Shown here: piece after piece, positions 1-8,061 of the stretch | How positions within the stretch are numbered: the first letter of the stretch is position 1 | Layout of the letters: each line of letters opens with the position of its first letter | Origin: a bacterium | GTDB taxonomy: Bacteria; Patescibacteriota; Dojkabacteria; B142; OLB20 | NCBI GenBank assembly: GCA_021463645.1 | Contig: JAJTYI010000009.1 | Span: 189,269-253,268 of the forward strand | Length of the DNA: 64,000 nt | Reading direction: 5' to 3' | Program-made: the position numbers and the translations under genes | Notes under the pieces: model-generated | Told to the model about the DNA's origin: nothing | The model's database searches: none | Seen by the model: only the letters and a program-made list of their open reading frames with translations

Positions 1-1
1 C

Positions 2-244
2 AAAATCTTAGGATTAAAAGGTAAACAAATCGGTAATGCAAAAATCTCAGAGAAACATGCAGCATTCATAGAAACTCAACCAGGAGCATCATCAGACGAT
101 GTTTTGGGTCTTTTTGAGATCATATACGAAGAATCAAAAAAGAAGCTTGGAATCACACCTAGAACTGAAATTTTCTTTCTCGGTTTTGAAGAATCTGAAG
201 TAAATAAGTATTCTAGTACAAAACACGAATCTACCAACCTATAG
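2..244 (+). CDS. murB: UDP-N-acetylenolpyruvoylglucosamine reductase MurB, C-terminal fragment (5' end cut by the window edge)
   Basis: Frame-2 translation 'GNAKISEKHAAFIETQPGASSDDVLGLFEIIYEESKKKLGITPRTEIFFLGFEE' resembles the MurB C-terminus ('G.A.VSEKHANFIVN..ATA.DV..L...V...V...FGIELE.EV'). Stop TAG at 242-244. Not in the ORF track because it has no start codon. Confidence 0.5.
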   Translation, partial: KILGLKGKQIGNAKISEKHAAFIETQPGASSDDVLGLFEIIYEESKKKLGITPRTEIFFLGFEESEVNKYSSTKHESTNL

Positions 245-331
245 TTTTTCACACCCGACAGACCTGCATATCCCATAGTTTTATTATTTCGAAACACACT
301 ACCCCTGGCTACTTTTCAAATATCCGAAGAG

Positions 332-360
332 TGGACAAATACTTTTCTGATTAGTATAAT
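332..360 (+). promoter_or_regulatory. sigma70-like promoter TGGACA-17-TATAAT; would give a near-leaderless transcript for the TA pair
   Basis: TGGACA at 332-337, 17-nt spacer, TATAAT at 355-360. The ATG at 370 lies only about 10 nt after the -10 box. Confidence 0.4.
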
Positions 361-369
361 GATTATGTC

Positions 370-624
370 ATGAAGAATAATATGACAACTAAATTAGCCG
401 TAAGGCTTGAGCCCGAGGAGAAAGATCTCCTTTTTTATTTTGCCAGTAAATTGGGTGTTTCTCCGTCTGCATTAATACGCAATCAAATCAAGGTGTTATT
501 AAAGGAAATGGAGGAAAAGCTTACCGATAAATACTATTTACAACTCACCTCTTTGGAGTCCTACAAAGGCCCCACATATTCACAAGAGGACATAGAGAAA
601 TTATTTGAGATAAAACAATCATGA
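370..624 (+). CDS. Putative ribbon-helix-helix (CopG/RelB-like) antitoxin
   Basis: 84-aa protein. Its stop overlaps the start of the downstream toxin-like gene by 4 bp (ATGA). N-terminus 'TKLAVRLEPEEKDLL' is typical of an RHH beta-strand plus helix. Confidence 0.45.
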   Translation: MKNNMTTKLAVRLEPEEKDLLFYFASKLGVSPSALIRNQIKVLLKEMEEKLTDKYYLQLTSLESYKGPTYSQEDIEKLFEIKQS

Positions 625-896
625 ATATAGTGTACTCCAACAAAGCTAAAGACGATTTAGCTCGAATCGATTGGCGCATTAGGACCAAGATTATCAATGA
701 ATTGGGCGCAATCAGTGAAGCGAAATATTCACGAAGAATTCCCCTAAAGAAGCTTCACGGTAGCGAACTAGTCAAAACCACTTTAGAAAAACACGTAATT
801 GTTGGCGAAGCAAATGGAAAATTACTCAACATCCTATCGGTCTTCAGACAACAGAAACTGAAACCATCTGGCGTAAAATTTGTCCAGGCAGACTAA
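621..896 (+). CDS. Putative RelE/ParE-family type II toxin
   Basis: 91-aa protein. 'IVYSNKAKDDLARID...' N-terminus and 'HVIVGEANGKLLNILSVFRQ' C-terminus resemble the RelE/ParE fold. Translationally coupled to the upstream small RHH gene. Confidence 0.45.
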   Translation: MNIVYSNKAKDDLARIDWRIRTKIINELGAISEAKYSRRIPLKKLHGSELVKTTLEKHVIVGEANGKLLNILSVFRQQKLKPSGVKFVQAD

Positions 897-932
897 AAAC
901 TGTATCATTAATTAATAATCCAACAAATTTAC

Positions 933-1886
933 ATGAGAAGAAGATCTCAGCTAAGTGAACTTAACGAAAGTCAATCCTTAATTTGGGTAATAATTTTTTT
1001 ATCAGTCATCATATCCGCAGCCATACTCATCATATCTAAGGTTTACCTTGATAGAACTTCCGAACCAATCCCAACAACGCCTTCAATTAACATTCAATCA
1101 GATAATTTCCCAACTATACAGTTAGGGCATTACGCTATGTGGGGTAAAAGAGAAGACGAAAGTGTACTACTTATTAAGAGATTCAATTCCATTGACAATC
1201 AACTCAAGAATCTAGACGGAACTGATTTAAAGGAACTTTCTCTAGATGGGTTAAGAGAAATTAATAAAATATTTGTAACCATTGAAAACGAAGGTGATAG
1301 AGATGAGATACCTAATAATTTCACCTTTATGGAAGCTGAAATTACTGAGAACATTGCGCAATTAAAATTTAGTATAGATATTCCCGAAGGGGACAATTTC
1401 TTCATTTTAGCAACCCCTACAGATGGAAATTCTACTATTAACGAACTCAGTGGGATATGGTTTAAAAAGGCAGAAAAAGACCAACCTGGATTAACCTTAC
1501 CTAATGCTCCACAATCTTTTAAATACGAAACCCGAATTAGCAATACCGTTGAAGAAAAAACACTTAATCTCGGGAGATTCGACAATGTCAGAGGAGAAGA
1601 TAATTCCAAGATCTATTCATTAAGTAACGAAGGATTTATGTATCCTGGCGAAGATTTATTAAGGAATCTGCCAGAGCCATTGGATGCTCCATTGAATCTC
1701 GCGAACGGTGATTATCAAGTTATTATTAGCTTAGAACCAGATTTAGATGGTATTGATTTAACTGGAGACGATATTTTTTTAAGTATTTTATCTACGACAA
1801 TTCCTCAAAATTCTACTGAACAGCAAAACATCCCATTGGAATTAGCTTACATACCGATCGAACTTACAATCGAAATAAATGACTAA
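933..1886 (+). CDS. Hypothetical membrane-anchored protein (single N-terminal TM helix)
   Basis: N-terminal hydrophobic segment 'LIWVIIFLSVIISAAILIISKV'. No recognisable domain. Overlaps the mutL start by 8 nt, so it is probably co-transcribed. Confidence 0.5.
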   Translation: MRRRSQLSELNESQSLIWVIIFLSVIISAAILIISKVYLDRTSEPIPTTPSINIQSDNFPTIQLGHYAMWGKREDESVLLIKRFNSIDNQLKNLDGTDLKELSLDGLREINKIFVTIENEGDRDEIPNNFTFMEAEITENIAQLKFSIDIPEGDNFFILATPTDGNSTINELSGIWFKKAEKDQPGLTLPNAPQSFKYETRISNTVEEKTLNLGRFDNVRGEDNSKIYSLSNEGFMYPGEDLLRNLPEPLDAPLNLANGDYQVIISLEPDLDGIDLTGDDIFLSILSTTIPQNSTEQQNIPLELAYIPIELTIEIND

Positions 1887-3660
1887 CACAATAAAACTTC
1901 TATCTCCCGACTTAATTAACAAAATTGCTGCAGGTGAGGTAGTAGAAAGACCGGCATCAATTGTCAAGGAATTAATTGAAAATTCGATTGATGCAGGAGC
2001 AGATAAAATTATCTTAAAGATTGAAAATGGTGGTATTAACTACATAGAGGTCGTTGACAATGGAACTGGAATGAGTGAAGAAGACGCTAAGTTAGCCCTT
2101 GTTCAACATGCAACTTCAAAAATTCACTCTGTTGATGACCTTAAGAATATTTATACACTGGGCTTTCGTGGAGAAGCACTTGCAAGCATTTCCAGTGTTT
2201 CAAAACTCAAAATACATACTAAATCGTCTAAAGAAAAGCCAATAATTGCCTCTACTAACGGTGAACGTATAATAGTTGCACCTGGAGATGCGAGGAATCA
2301 GGGGACTACTGTTATCGTTGAAAATATTTTTGACCAAATTCCTGCAAGAAGAAAATTCTTGAAATCTGAGCTCACCGAATATAAAAATATTTTAAATACA
2401 TTTACAAAGATCGTATTACCTCACTACCAGATTGGATTTGAATTCTATAATAATTCTAAACTCGTACACTCATTACCTAAAGTCGGTACACTAGAAAAGC
2501 GTATCCTGCAGATCCATCCCAACCTCATAGAAAAACTAATTCCTTTGGCATTTGATGATAAAGGATTACAGATATCAGGTTTTATAGGGCATCCCGAATT
2601 TAATAGGAGAGATAGTTCAATTCAGTATATATTTGTCAATAATAGAAGTGTTATGGATCCAGTTATAGCGAAGGCTGTGAAATCGGGCTTTGGTACAAAC
2701 CTTATGCATAATCAATATCCAATTTATTTTATTAATATCAAAATCGACGAAGACAAAGTAGATGTAAATGTCCACCCTAGGAAGAATGAGATTAGATTTG
2801 ATAATACCAAAGAGATTTTCAGAGTAGTTCATAACTCAGTTAGAAACGCTTTAGAAAAATATTTAAAAGAAGAAACATTTAGCAGATTTCACACAGAAAA
2901 AACAGATACGAATATCAATACAAATCAGTTTAATCATTCTGAAAAATCGCGAGAAGCCCACAATACTAAGAATTTCAAGACAGTAATCCCAAGTCAAAAT
3001 ACACAAACCAGCATAAGTTTTACGCGTAATATTCTCTCAGCGAGTAATAATATTTCGCAAGAACCCGAATTATTCGAGATTGAATCAGATATATTGCAGA
3101 TTTTCAATACTTACCTAGTAATCCAGAATGGTGATAGTGTTCAATTTATTGACCAACACGCTGCAGACGAAAGGATTAATTTCGAAAAAATTGAAAAACG
3201 ATTTAAAGAAGAGAGCACCTTACCTTCACAAAAACTACTATTGCCAGAAATTCTCAACATCTCAAAATCCGAGCAACTAATGTTACTTGAGAACAAAGAC
3301 CTGCTCTATAAATTGGGCTTTGAGTTCAAGATAAAAGGCAACAAAACAGAACTCACATCGATTCCAGAAGGTGTGTATTCAAACAATAATAATAAAATTT
3401 TCTCGGAAATCCTTGCCTCGCTTGACGAATCAAGTGACACAGTAGATAAAGAAGAGAATTCTGTTTTAAAGAAATTAATAGCTACAATCGCATGTCATAG
3501 CAGCATTCGAGCGGGACAAAAATTAGACAATTACCAAGCAAGACAAATATTTAGAGAACTATTAAAATGTTCACAACCTTATTCTTGCCCACATGGCAGG
3601 CCAATTATTTGGATTATTAATAAATCAGATCTTGAAAAAAACTTTAAACGAAAACAATAG
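1879..3660 (+). CDS. mutL: DNA mismatch repair protein MutL (endonuclease type)
   Basis: GHKL ATPase motifs 'ELIENSIDAGA', 'DNGTGM' and 'GFRGEAL'. C-terminal endonuclease motif 'DQHAADERINFE' (DQHA(X)2E(X)4E) and 'CPHGRP'. Confidence 0.9.
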   Translation: MTNTIKLLSPDLINKIAAGEVVERPASIVKELIENSIDAGADKIILKIENGGINYIEVVDNGTGMSEEDAKLALVQHATSKIHSVDDLKNIYTLGFRGEALASISSVSKLKIHTKSSKEKPIIASTNGERIIVAPGDARNQGTTVIVENIFDQIPARRKFLKSELTEYKNILNTFTKIVLPHYQIGFEFYNNSKLVHSLPKVGTLEKRILQIHPNLIEKLIPLAFDDKGLQISGFIGHPEFNRRDSSIQYIFVNNRSVMDPVIAKAVKSGFGTNLMHNQYPIYFINIKIDEDKVDVNVHPRKNEIRFDNTKEIFRVVHNSVRNALEKYLKEETFSRFHTEKTDTNINTNQFNHSEKSREAHNTKNFKTVIPSQNTQTSISFTRNILSASNNISQEPELFEIESDILQIFNTYLVIQNGDSVQFIDQHAADERINFEKIEKRFKEESTLPSQKLLLPEILNISKSEQLMLLENKDLLYKLGFEFKIKGNKTELTSIPEGVYSNNNNKIFSEILASLDESSDTVDKEENSVLKKLIATIACHSSIRAGQKLDNYQARQIFRELLKCSQPYSCPHGRPIIWIINKSDLEKNFKRKQ

Positions 3661-4174
3661 TATTAATGCTAATTGGAAAACAATCGCAGTCATATTTGCA
3701 TCAGCAGTATTAGGAGGTTTTTTTCTTATAATGTCAATATTCAAAACTATTGAGAATTCGCAACAAATAAAAGTTGATCCACTTCCAAACGCTAACCAAC
3801 TAGCAAAAAAACGTATAGAAATTTCATCTAATAACGAAACGCATATTTATGAAGTATACATAGCTGATAACAATCAGAGTAGGGCAACAGGTCTTATGAA
3901 TATTAAAACCATGCCAGATAACGAGGGTATGCTTTTTGTATTCCAAGAAAGTCAGAACCAATCGTTCTGGATGAAAAACACATTTATACCATTGGATATT
4001 ATTTTCTTTGATTCAAACAAAAATTTTATAAACTACCACGGAAACGCCAAACCATTGGACGAATCCATACGATACACATCCGATAGACCAGCAAAATACG
4101 TACTAGAACTCAATGCTGGTAAAGCAAAGGACCTGAATTTGAATAGCGAATCTTCCTTTAAAATTCTCGACTGA
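3593..4174 (+). CDS. DUF192-family protein (COG1430), signal-anchored
   Basis: 'GLMNIKTMPDNEGMLFVF...FWMKNTFIPLDIIFFDSNKNFI' matches the DUF192 signature. N-terminal TM segment. The start is uncertain: the ATG at 3593 overlaps mutL by 68 nt. Confidence 0.55.
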   Translation: MAGQLFGLLINQILKKTLNENNSINANWKTIAVIFASAVLGGFFLIMSIFKTIENSQQIKVDPLPNANQLAKKRIEISSNNETHIYEVYIADNNQSRATGLMNIKTMPDNEGMLFVFQESQNQSFWMKNTFIPLDIIFFDSNKNFINYHGNAKPLDESIRYTSDRPAKYVLELNAGKAKDLNLNSESSFKILD

Positions 4175-4325
4175 TTTCCAAGGAAAATATTTACTCTAAA
4201 AAAATCATCCTTAATATTTGACTCTTTATACAAGAGAAGAAGCCCGCCAGATAAGCTCGACCACCAGAGTGTATCAACGGTGTACAAATTCCTACAACAC
4301 CGCAATAATTACTGTACAAATATTC

Positions 4326-4355
4326 TTGACAAAGGTGTGTTTTGTCTGGTAAATT
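4326..4355 (+). promoter_or_regulatory. Candidate promoter TTGACA-18-TAAATT in the DUF192-clpP intergenic region
   Basis: Perfect -35 TTGACA at 4326-4331, 18-nt spacer, TAAATT at 4350-4355. About 55 nt downstream lies a terminator-like hairpin. Confidence 0.35.
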
Positions 4356-4410
4356 GTTACTACAATTAAATATAAGCAAAAGGCAGTAAAAATAGTTAAA
4401 AGTGCAAGCA

Positions 4411-4440
4411 AAAATGTCTCCGCAAGGAGGCATTTTTGTT
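4411..4440 (+). terminator. Rho-independent terminator-like hairpin (11-bp stem, GCAA loop, T-tract)
   Basis: AAAATGTCTCC-GCAA-GGAGGCATTTT followed by TGTTTCTATTC. One G-U pair in the stem. Confidence 0.45.
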
Positions 4441-4531
4441 TCTATTCAACTTTCCACAAAATATTATAAAGTTTTATTAACTTCAGAAAATATCATATAA
4501 TGATTTGTTCCTTAATTAATCAATTTTATCC

Positions 4532-5128
4532 ATGAGCTACCTTGTCCCTACTATTATTGAAAAATCCAGAGATGGAGAGAGAGCATACGACATCTATTCA
4601 AGACTACTTAAAGAAAGAATAATTTTCCTCGGAACAGGCATAGATGACCAAGTCGCAAATGCTGTAATTGCACAATTATTATTTCTAGAAAAGGAAGATA
4701 AAGAGAAAGATATCACCATGTACATAAATTGCCCTGGTGGAGTGATATATTCTGGTCTTGCGATACTTGACACCATGAACTACATAAAGCCAGACATAGT
4801 TACATTTGCTTTTGGGACAGCTGCTTCCTTTGGAACTGTTATCTTATCAGCAGGAACAAAAGGCAAGAGATTTGCACTACCAAATACCATGATACATATG
4901 CACCAACCACTTGTAAGTGGAGGTATCTCCGGTCAGGCTAGCGATATAGAGATTGAAGCAAAAGAGATCCTTAGATTAAAGGATTTACTTACAAAAATTC
5001 TTGCTGATAATACTGGGCAGAGTTACGAACAGATCGTAAAAGATAGTGATAGAGATAAGCATATGACTGCAGAGACAGCAAAAACATATGGGTTGATTGA
5101 TAAAATAATCAAAAACCGACCAAATTAG
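4532..5128 (+). CDS. clpP: ATP-dependent Clp protease proteolytic subunit ClpP
   Basis: '[25 protein letters not shown]', 'GTAASFG' (catalytic Ser context) and 'MIHMHQP' (His), as in ClpP. 198 aa. Confidence 0.9.
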   Translation: MSYLVPTIIEKSRDGERAYDIYSRLLKERIIFLGTGIDDQVANAVIAQLLFLEKEDKEKDITMYINCPGGVIYSGLAILDTMNYIKPDIVTFAFGTAASFGTVILSAGTKGKRFALPNTMIHMHQPLVSGGISGQASDIEIEAKEILRLKDLLTKILADNTGQSYEQIVKDSDRDKHMTAETAKTYGLIDKIIKNRPN

Positions 5129-5178
5129 TTTACAATTTGCGACTGAATGATTGATAATCACTACAGTCGATTTAGTAT

Positions 5179-5514
5179 GGGTAGTTAGCTCAGTCCCGCC
5201 ACTTCTTAATGAAGTGGGCGAGGACCCTCTCTTTTAAACAAAATCAAAGATTTTGATAAAAGAAGGGCTGGTAGTACAGTTATTAGTGTGGGTGGTTAGC
5301 TCAGCTGGTAGAGCATTCGCTTGACGTGCGAAAGGTCACAAGTTCGAATCTTGTACCACCCACACTAGTAGTTGTATGACGTGCGATCTGCCTTCGCCAA
5401 GGCTTCGGTAGATAAGTAGGTGACAGGTTCGTAAGTGAAGGGTTAGTGAATACAAGCGAAGCGTAGTATGAACTTACCTGAACAGTGCACGGAGTGTGAA
5501 TCCTGTACTACCCA
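5179..5514 (+). pseudogene. Disrupted tRNA-Val-like outer copy that encloses the intact tRNA-Val
   Basis: Three collinear segments resemble the inner tRNA-Val: GGGTAGTTAGCTCAGT (5179-5194), TGACGTGCGA (5377-5386) and GAATCCTGTACTACCCA (5498-5514). The outer acceptor halves GGGTAGT/ACTACCC pair with each other and carry a compensatory A:T where the inner copy has G:C. The D-arm 3' half and the anticodon 5' stem are missing. Confidence 0.4.
5290..5362 (+). tRNA. tRNA-Val (anticodon GAC)
   Basis: Cloverleaf: acceptor GGGTGGT/ACCACCC, D-arm GCTC-AGCTGGT-AGAGC, anticodon stem TTCGC/GCGAA with loop TTGACGT, T-arm ACAAG-TTCGAAT-CTTGT, discriminator A. CCA is not encoded. Confidence 0.8.
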
Positions 5515-5621
5515 TATTGGTGAAGAAATAATAGATTGAAAGACAATTAAACAACATGTTTATTATAAGTAGAGATTTATCAGAAAAATTGAAAATTTAA
5601 ATATTACCAACAGAACCTCAT

Positions 5622-7367
5622 ATGAATACTGCTCAACTACAAAACCTAGAGAAGCAACGTCACAGTTTAGCGCATGTTTTGGCTTACGCTGTGAAAAGAA
5701 TATTCCCTGATGTAAAGATTGGAATCGGACCGGTTACGGATACGGGTTTTTATTATGAATTTGATACTGACCACAAATTCACTCACGAAGATTTAACAAA
5801 TATTGAGGCCGAGATGAATGAAATCATTGAGGAAAACATCCCCTTCACAAACATTGTAATACCTAAAGATCAAGCGTTACAGACACTTCTTCAATTAGGA
5901 GAAACATACAAAACTGAACTCTTGAATAAAATTCCCGATGCAGAAGTAAGTTTCTATAAAACTGGAGATGATTTTATTGATCTCTGTAGAGGTCCTCATG
6001 TTAAAAGCACTGGAGAGTTGGATCACTTTAAACTAACTAAAATTACGAAAAATTACTGGATGAACGATTCTTCCAGACCTCTTTTACAGAGAATCCACGG
6101 TGTGGCTTTCGAAACAAAAAAGAAATTAAACGACTATCTTGAAAACTTAAAGAAACTTAGTGAGATAAATAGCATATTGATTGCTCAGAAATTAAATTAT
6201 CTAATCATTGAAAACGACAAAGATGTTTCATCTCCAATATGGCTAAAAGACGGAATAATACTTCAACAAAATCTCACCAGATTTCTTGAGGAACAAATGA
6301 TCGAGTTTGACTTCGAGCTAATGCAACCACCTTGGGTCACAAACAAACCAGCATTCTTGGTCGAAAAATTTCCTGAGTTTATGCAAACTACGCAAATAAA
6401 AGGAACTCAAAATTCTAAAGATGTTTTTTATAGAAATAATCTACGAAGCTTCCTAGTTGAAAGAGCGACTACAAGTTATAACTCCAACAAAGATTCTGCC
6501 ATTTTAAATATCGGTTCTGTTTCCAAGACATTTCAGGGCAATTTACATAATTCTAACGAAATGAAAATCGAGCATCTCGAAGATTTTCTTGAAACAACAG
6601 ATGCACAAGTAATTAGTATTGTAGACGATGAAAACTTAAAAGACTCTCTGACCGAAAATATAAGGTTAATAGGAACCACCCTTAAAGCCCTTGGATTCAG
6701 TCAATTCAAAACCATTTTAGATATCCCAGATTATCAAGATCTTACAAAATATATTTATGACGAAGGACTGTGGGAAAAAAGTATTTCTAACTTAAAAGAA
6801 TTACTTTTAGAACTCAAAATTCCGTCAAGAATTAGAGAAGGGAAGACCGATTTTTATGGACCCAAATTAACTATTGAAGTAAAAGATAAATACTCTAGAA
6901 GCTGGGAAGTATCAAATATTACGCTAGATCCAATACTCCCCACAAAACTACTCTCAGAAGACAAGAAACAATTATATTTTATTCACACAGATATAATAGT
7001 AAATATTGAAAGATTAATCGATTTATTACTAGAACACGGAGAGGGTTCACTTCCACTTTGGGTAGAGCCCGTACAGGTCGAGATCATAGCGCTCGAGAGT
7101 AAATATAACCATAAAGCAATAAAAGTATTGAGGGAATTAAAAAAAGAGAATTTACGAGTAGAATTTAATCAAAACTCAACCAACCCTGAAAGACAAATAT
7201 CAGATTCTATGAGTAGACGTACACCATACTTGATAATAATCGGAGAAAAAGAAGCCAATACTGATTCAATTTCCGTAAAGGCTAATGGACAAGACATAGG
7301 TTTGATGAGGATAAATGAATTTGTAAACAAAATTGAACAAGAAATAGCTTTGGAACTAGACCTTTAA
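5622..7367 (+). CDS. thrS: Threonyl-tRNA synthetase homolog; editing (N2/SAD) and anticodon-binding domains conserved, class II catalytic motifs apparently degenerate, no TGS domain
   Basis: Sits at the head of the conserved thrS-infC-rpmI-rplT-pheST order. Editing motifs 'HSLAHVLAYAV' (HxxxH) and 'DLCRGPHV' (CxxxH). Motif-3 region 'IERLIDLLLEHGEGSLPLWVEPVQVEII'. C-terminal anticodon-binding domain 'LRVEFNQNSTNPERQISDSMSRRTPYLIIIGEKE'. HRNE and QDDAHIF equivalents were not found. Confidence 0.75.
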   Translation: MNTAQLQNLEKQRHSLAHVLAYAVKRIFPDVKIGIGPVTDTGFYYEFDTDHKFTHEDLTNIEAEMNEIIEENIPFTNIVIPKDQALQTLLQLGETYKTELLNKIPDAEVSFYKTGDDFIDLCRGPHVKSTGELDHFKLTKITKNYWMNDSSRPLLQRIHGVAFETKKKLNDYLENLKKLSEINSILIAQKLNYLIIENDKDVSSPIWLKDGIILQQNLTRFLEEQMIEFDFELMQPPWVTNKPAFLVEKFPEFMQTTQIKGTQNSKDVFYRNNLRSFLVERATTSYNSNKDSAILNIGSVSKTFQGNLHNSNEMKIEHLEDFLETTDAQVISIVDDENLKDSLTENIRLIGTTLKALGFSQFKTILDIPDYQDLTKYIYDEGLWEKSISNLKELLLELKIPSRIREGKTDFYGPKLTIEVKDKYSRSWEVSNITLDPILPTKLLSEDKKQLYFIHTDIIVNIERLIDLLLEHGEGSLPLWVEPVQVEIIALESKYNHKAIKVLRELKKENLRVEFNQNSTNPERQISDSMSRRTPYLIIIGEKEANTDSISVKANGQDIGLMRINEFVNKIEQEIALELDL

Positions 7368-7381
7368 GCGGTCCCAAACCA

Positions 7382-7410
7382 TTGAAAAATTGCATTTGTT
7401 CTGTTAATAT
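7382..7410 (+). promoter_or_regulatory. Candidate promoter TTGAAA-17-TAATAT upstream of infC
   Basis: Located in the thrS-infC intergenic region, about 115 nt upstream of the infC start. Confidence 0.3.
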
Positions 7411-7524
7411 CAATGTGCTGACAGATTGTTGCTGTTGGTTTTGTTGTGATTAGAACATCAAATATTTAATATTTTTTTTATTAGAACGATAAATAAACAA
7501 TACTTTTCAAGAGAAAGGGATACA

Positions 7525-8061
7525 TTGATAGAAAAATATTCTATGAATGACCAGATAAAAAGTCCCGAGTTACTTGTGATTGATGAAGAAGGAGAAAGTC
7601 TAGGAGTAATCAGCCTGGCTAAAGCTTTAGAAATAGCTAGAGAAAGAGAACTTGATTTGATAGAGGTTGCTGCTAAAGCTAATCCACCTGTAGGTAAAAT
7701 CATGTCTTGGTCAAAATTCAAGTACCAACAGGAAAAAAAGCGAAAAGAGAACAAGGGCAAAGGTGTTGAAATAAAAGAGATGTGGTTTAAATCCTTCATT
7801 GGAGATGGTGATTTAGCCCACAAGCTAACCAAAGTAGAAGAATTCTTAGCAAAGAAACACCCTGTTAAGATAACAATCAAGGCAAAAGGTAGGGTTGCTA
7901 GAGAACAACTTGAATCAGTATTAAATAAAGTACTTACTAATCTGGAAGGTAAAATAGAATATGACCAACCAGCTAAATTTTATGGCAGAGATCTTTCATT
8001 AATAGTTAGACCTGTTAAGAAAACAATTAATAACGATGAAAAACAAACAAAAAACACATAA
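7525..8061 (+). CDS. infC: Translation initiation factor IF-3
   Basis: 'ELLVIDEEGESLGVISLAKALEIARERELDLIEVAAKANPPVGKIMSWSKFKYQQEKK' matches the IF-3 N-domain and linker. Predicted non-ATG (TTG) start preceded by an AAAGGGA Shine-Dalgarno. Confidence 0.85.
   Translation: MIEKYSMNDQIKSPELLVIDEEGESLGVISLAKALEIARERELDLIEVAAKANPPVGKIMSWSKFKYQQEKKRKENKGKGVEIKEMWFKSFIGDGDLAHKLTKVEEFLAKKHPVKITIKAKGRVAREQLESVLNKVLTNLEGKIEYDQPAKFYGRDLSLIVRPVKKTINNDEKQTKNT

Noticed and set aside
76-297. 73-aa minus-strand ORF at the left edge of the window
   Set aside because: It is antisense to a plus-strand frame whose translation matches the MurB C-terminus and ends at TAG 242-244. The minus ORF has no recognisable features.
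1199-1609. 136-aa minus-strand ORF inside the 933-1886 gene
   Set aside because: Fully embedded antisense to a longer ORF. Ser/Leu-rich composition is typical of antisense artefacts in AT-rich DNA. The same reasoning applies to the other short antisense ORFs in the track (for example 2617-2832, 12424-13935, 15450-16516, 17455-17904, 18248-18499, 19281-19559, 20450-20674, 21038-21645, 22065-22313, 23990-24184, 25906-26100, 26907-27098, 32210-32455, 34469-34795, 34988-35173, 36555-37165, 38547-38741, 42888-43436, 44568-44988, 46460-46815, 49884-51184, 52425-53853, 54278-56484, 57707-58051, 61033-61281, 62528-62983).
4033-4433. Two minus-strand ORFs (90 and 80 aa) in the DUF192-clpP spacer
   Set aside because: The first overlaps the 3' end of the DUF192 gene antisense. 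The second spans a candidate promoter and terminator hairpin. Neither has a start context or recognisable motifs.
5179-5514. tmRNA (ssrA) hypothesis for the tRNA-like 5' and 3' ends flanking tRNA-Val
   Set aside because: A complete canonical tRNA-Val lies between the ends. No GGGG 5' end, no CCA-proximal G:U Ala identity. No convincing resume codon or tag reading frame ending in a hydrophobic tail.
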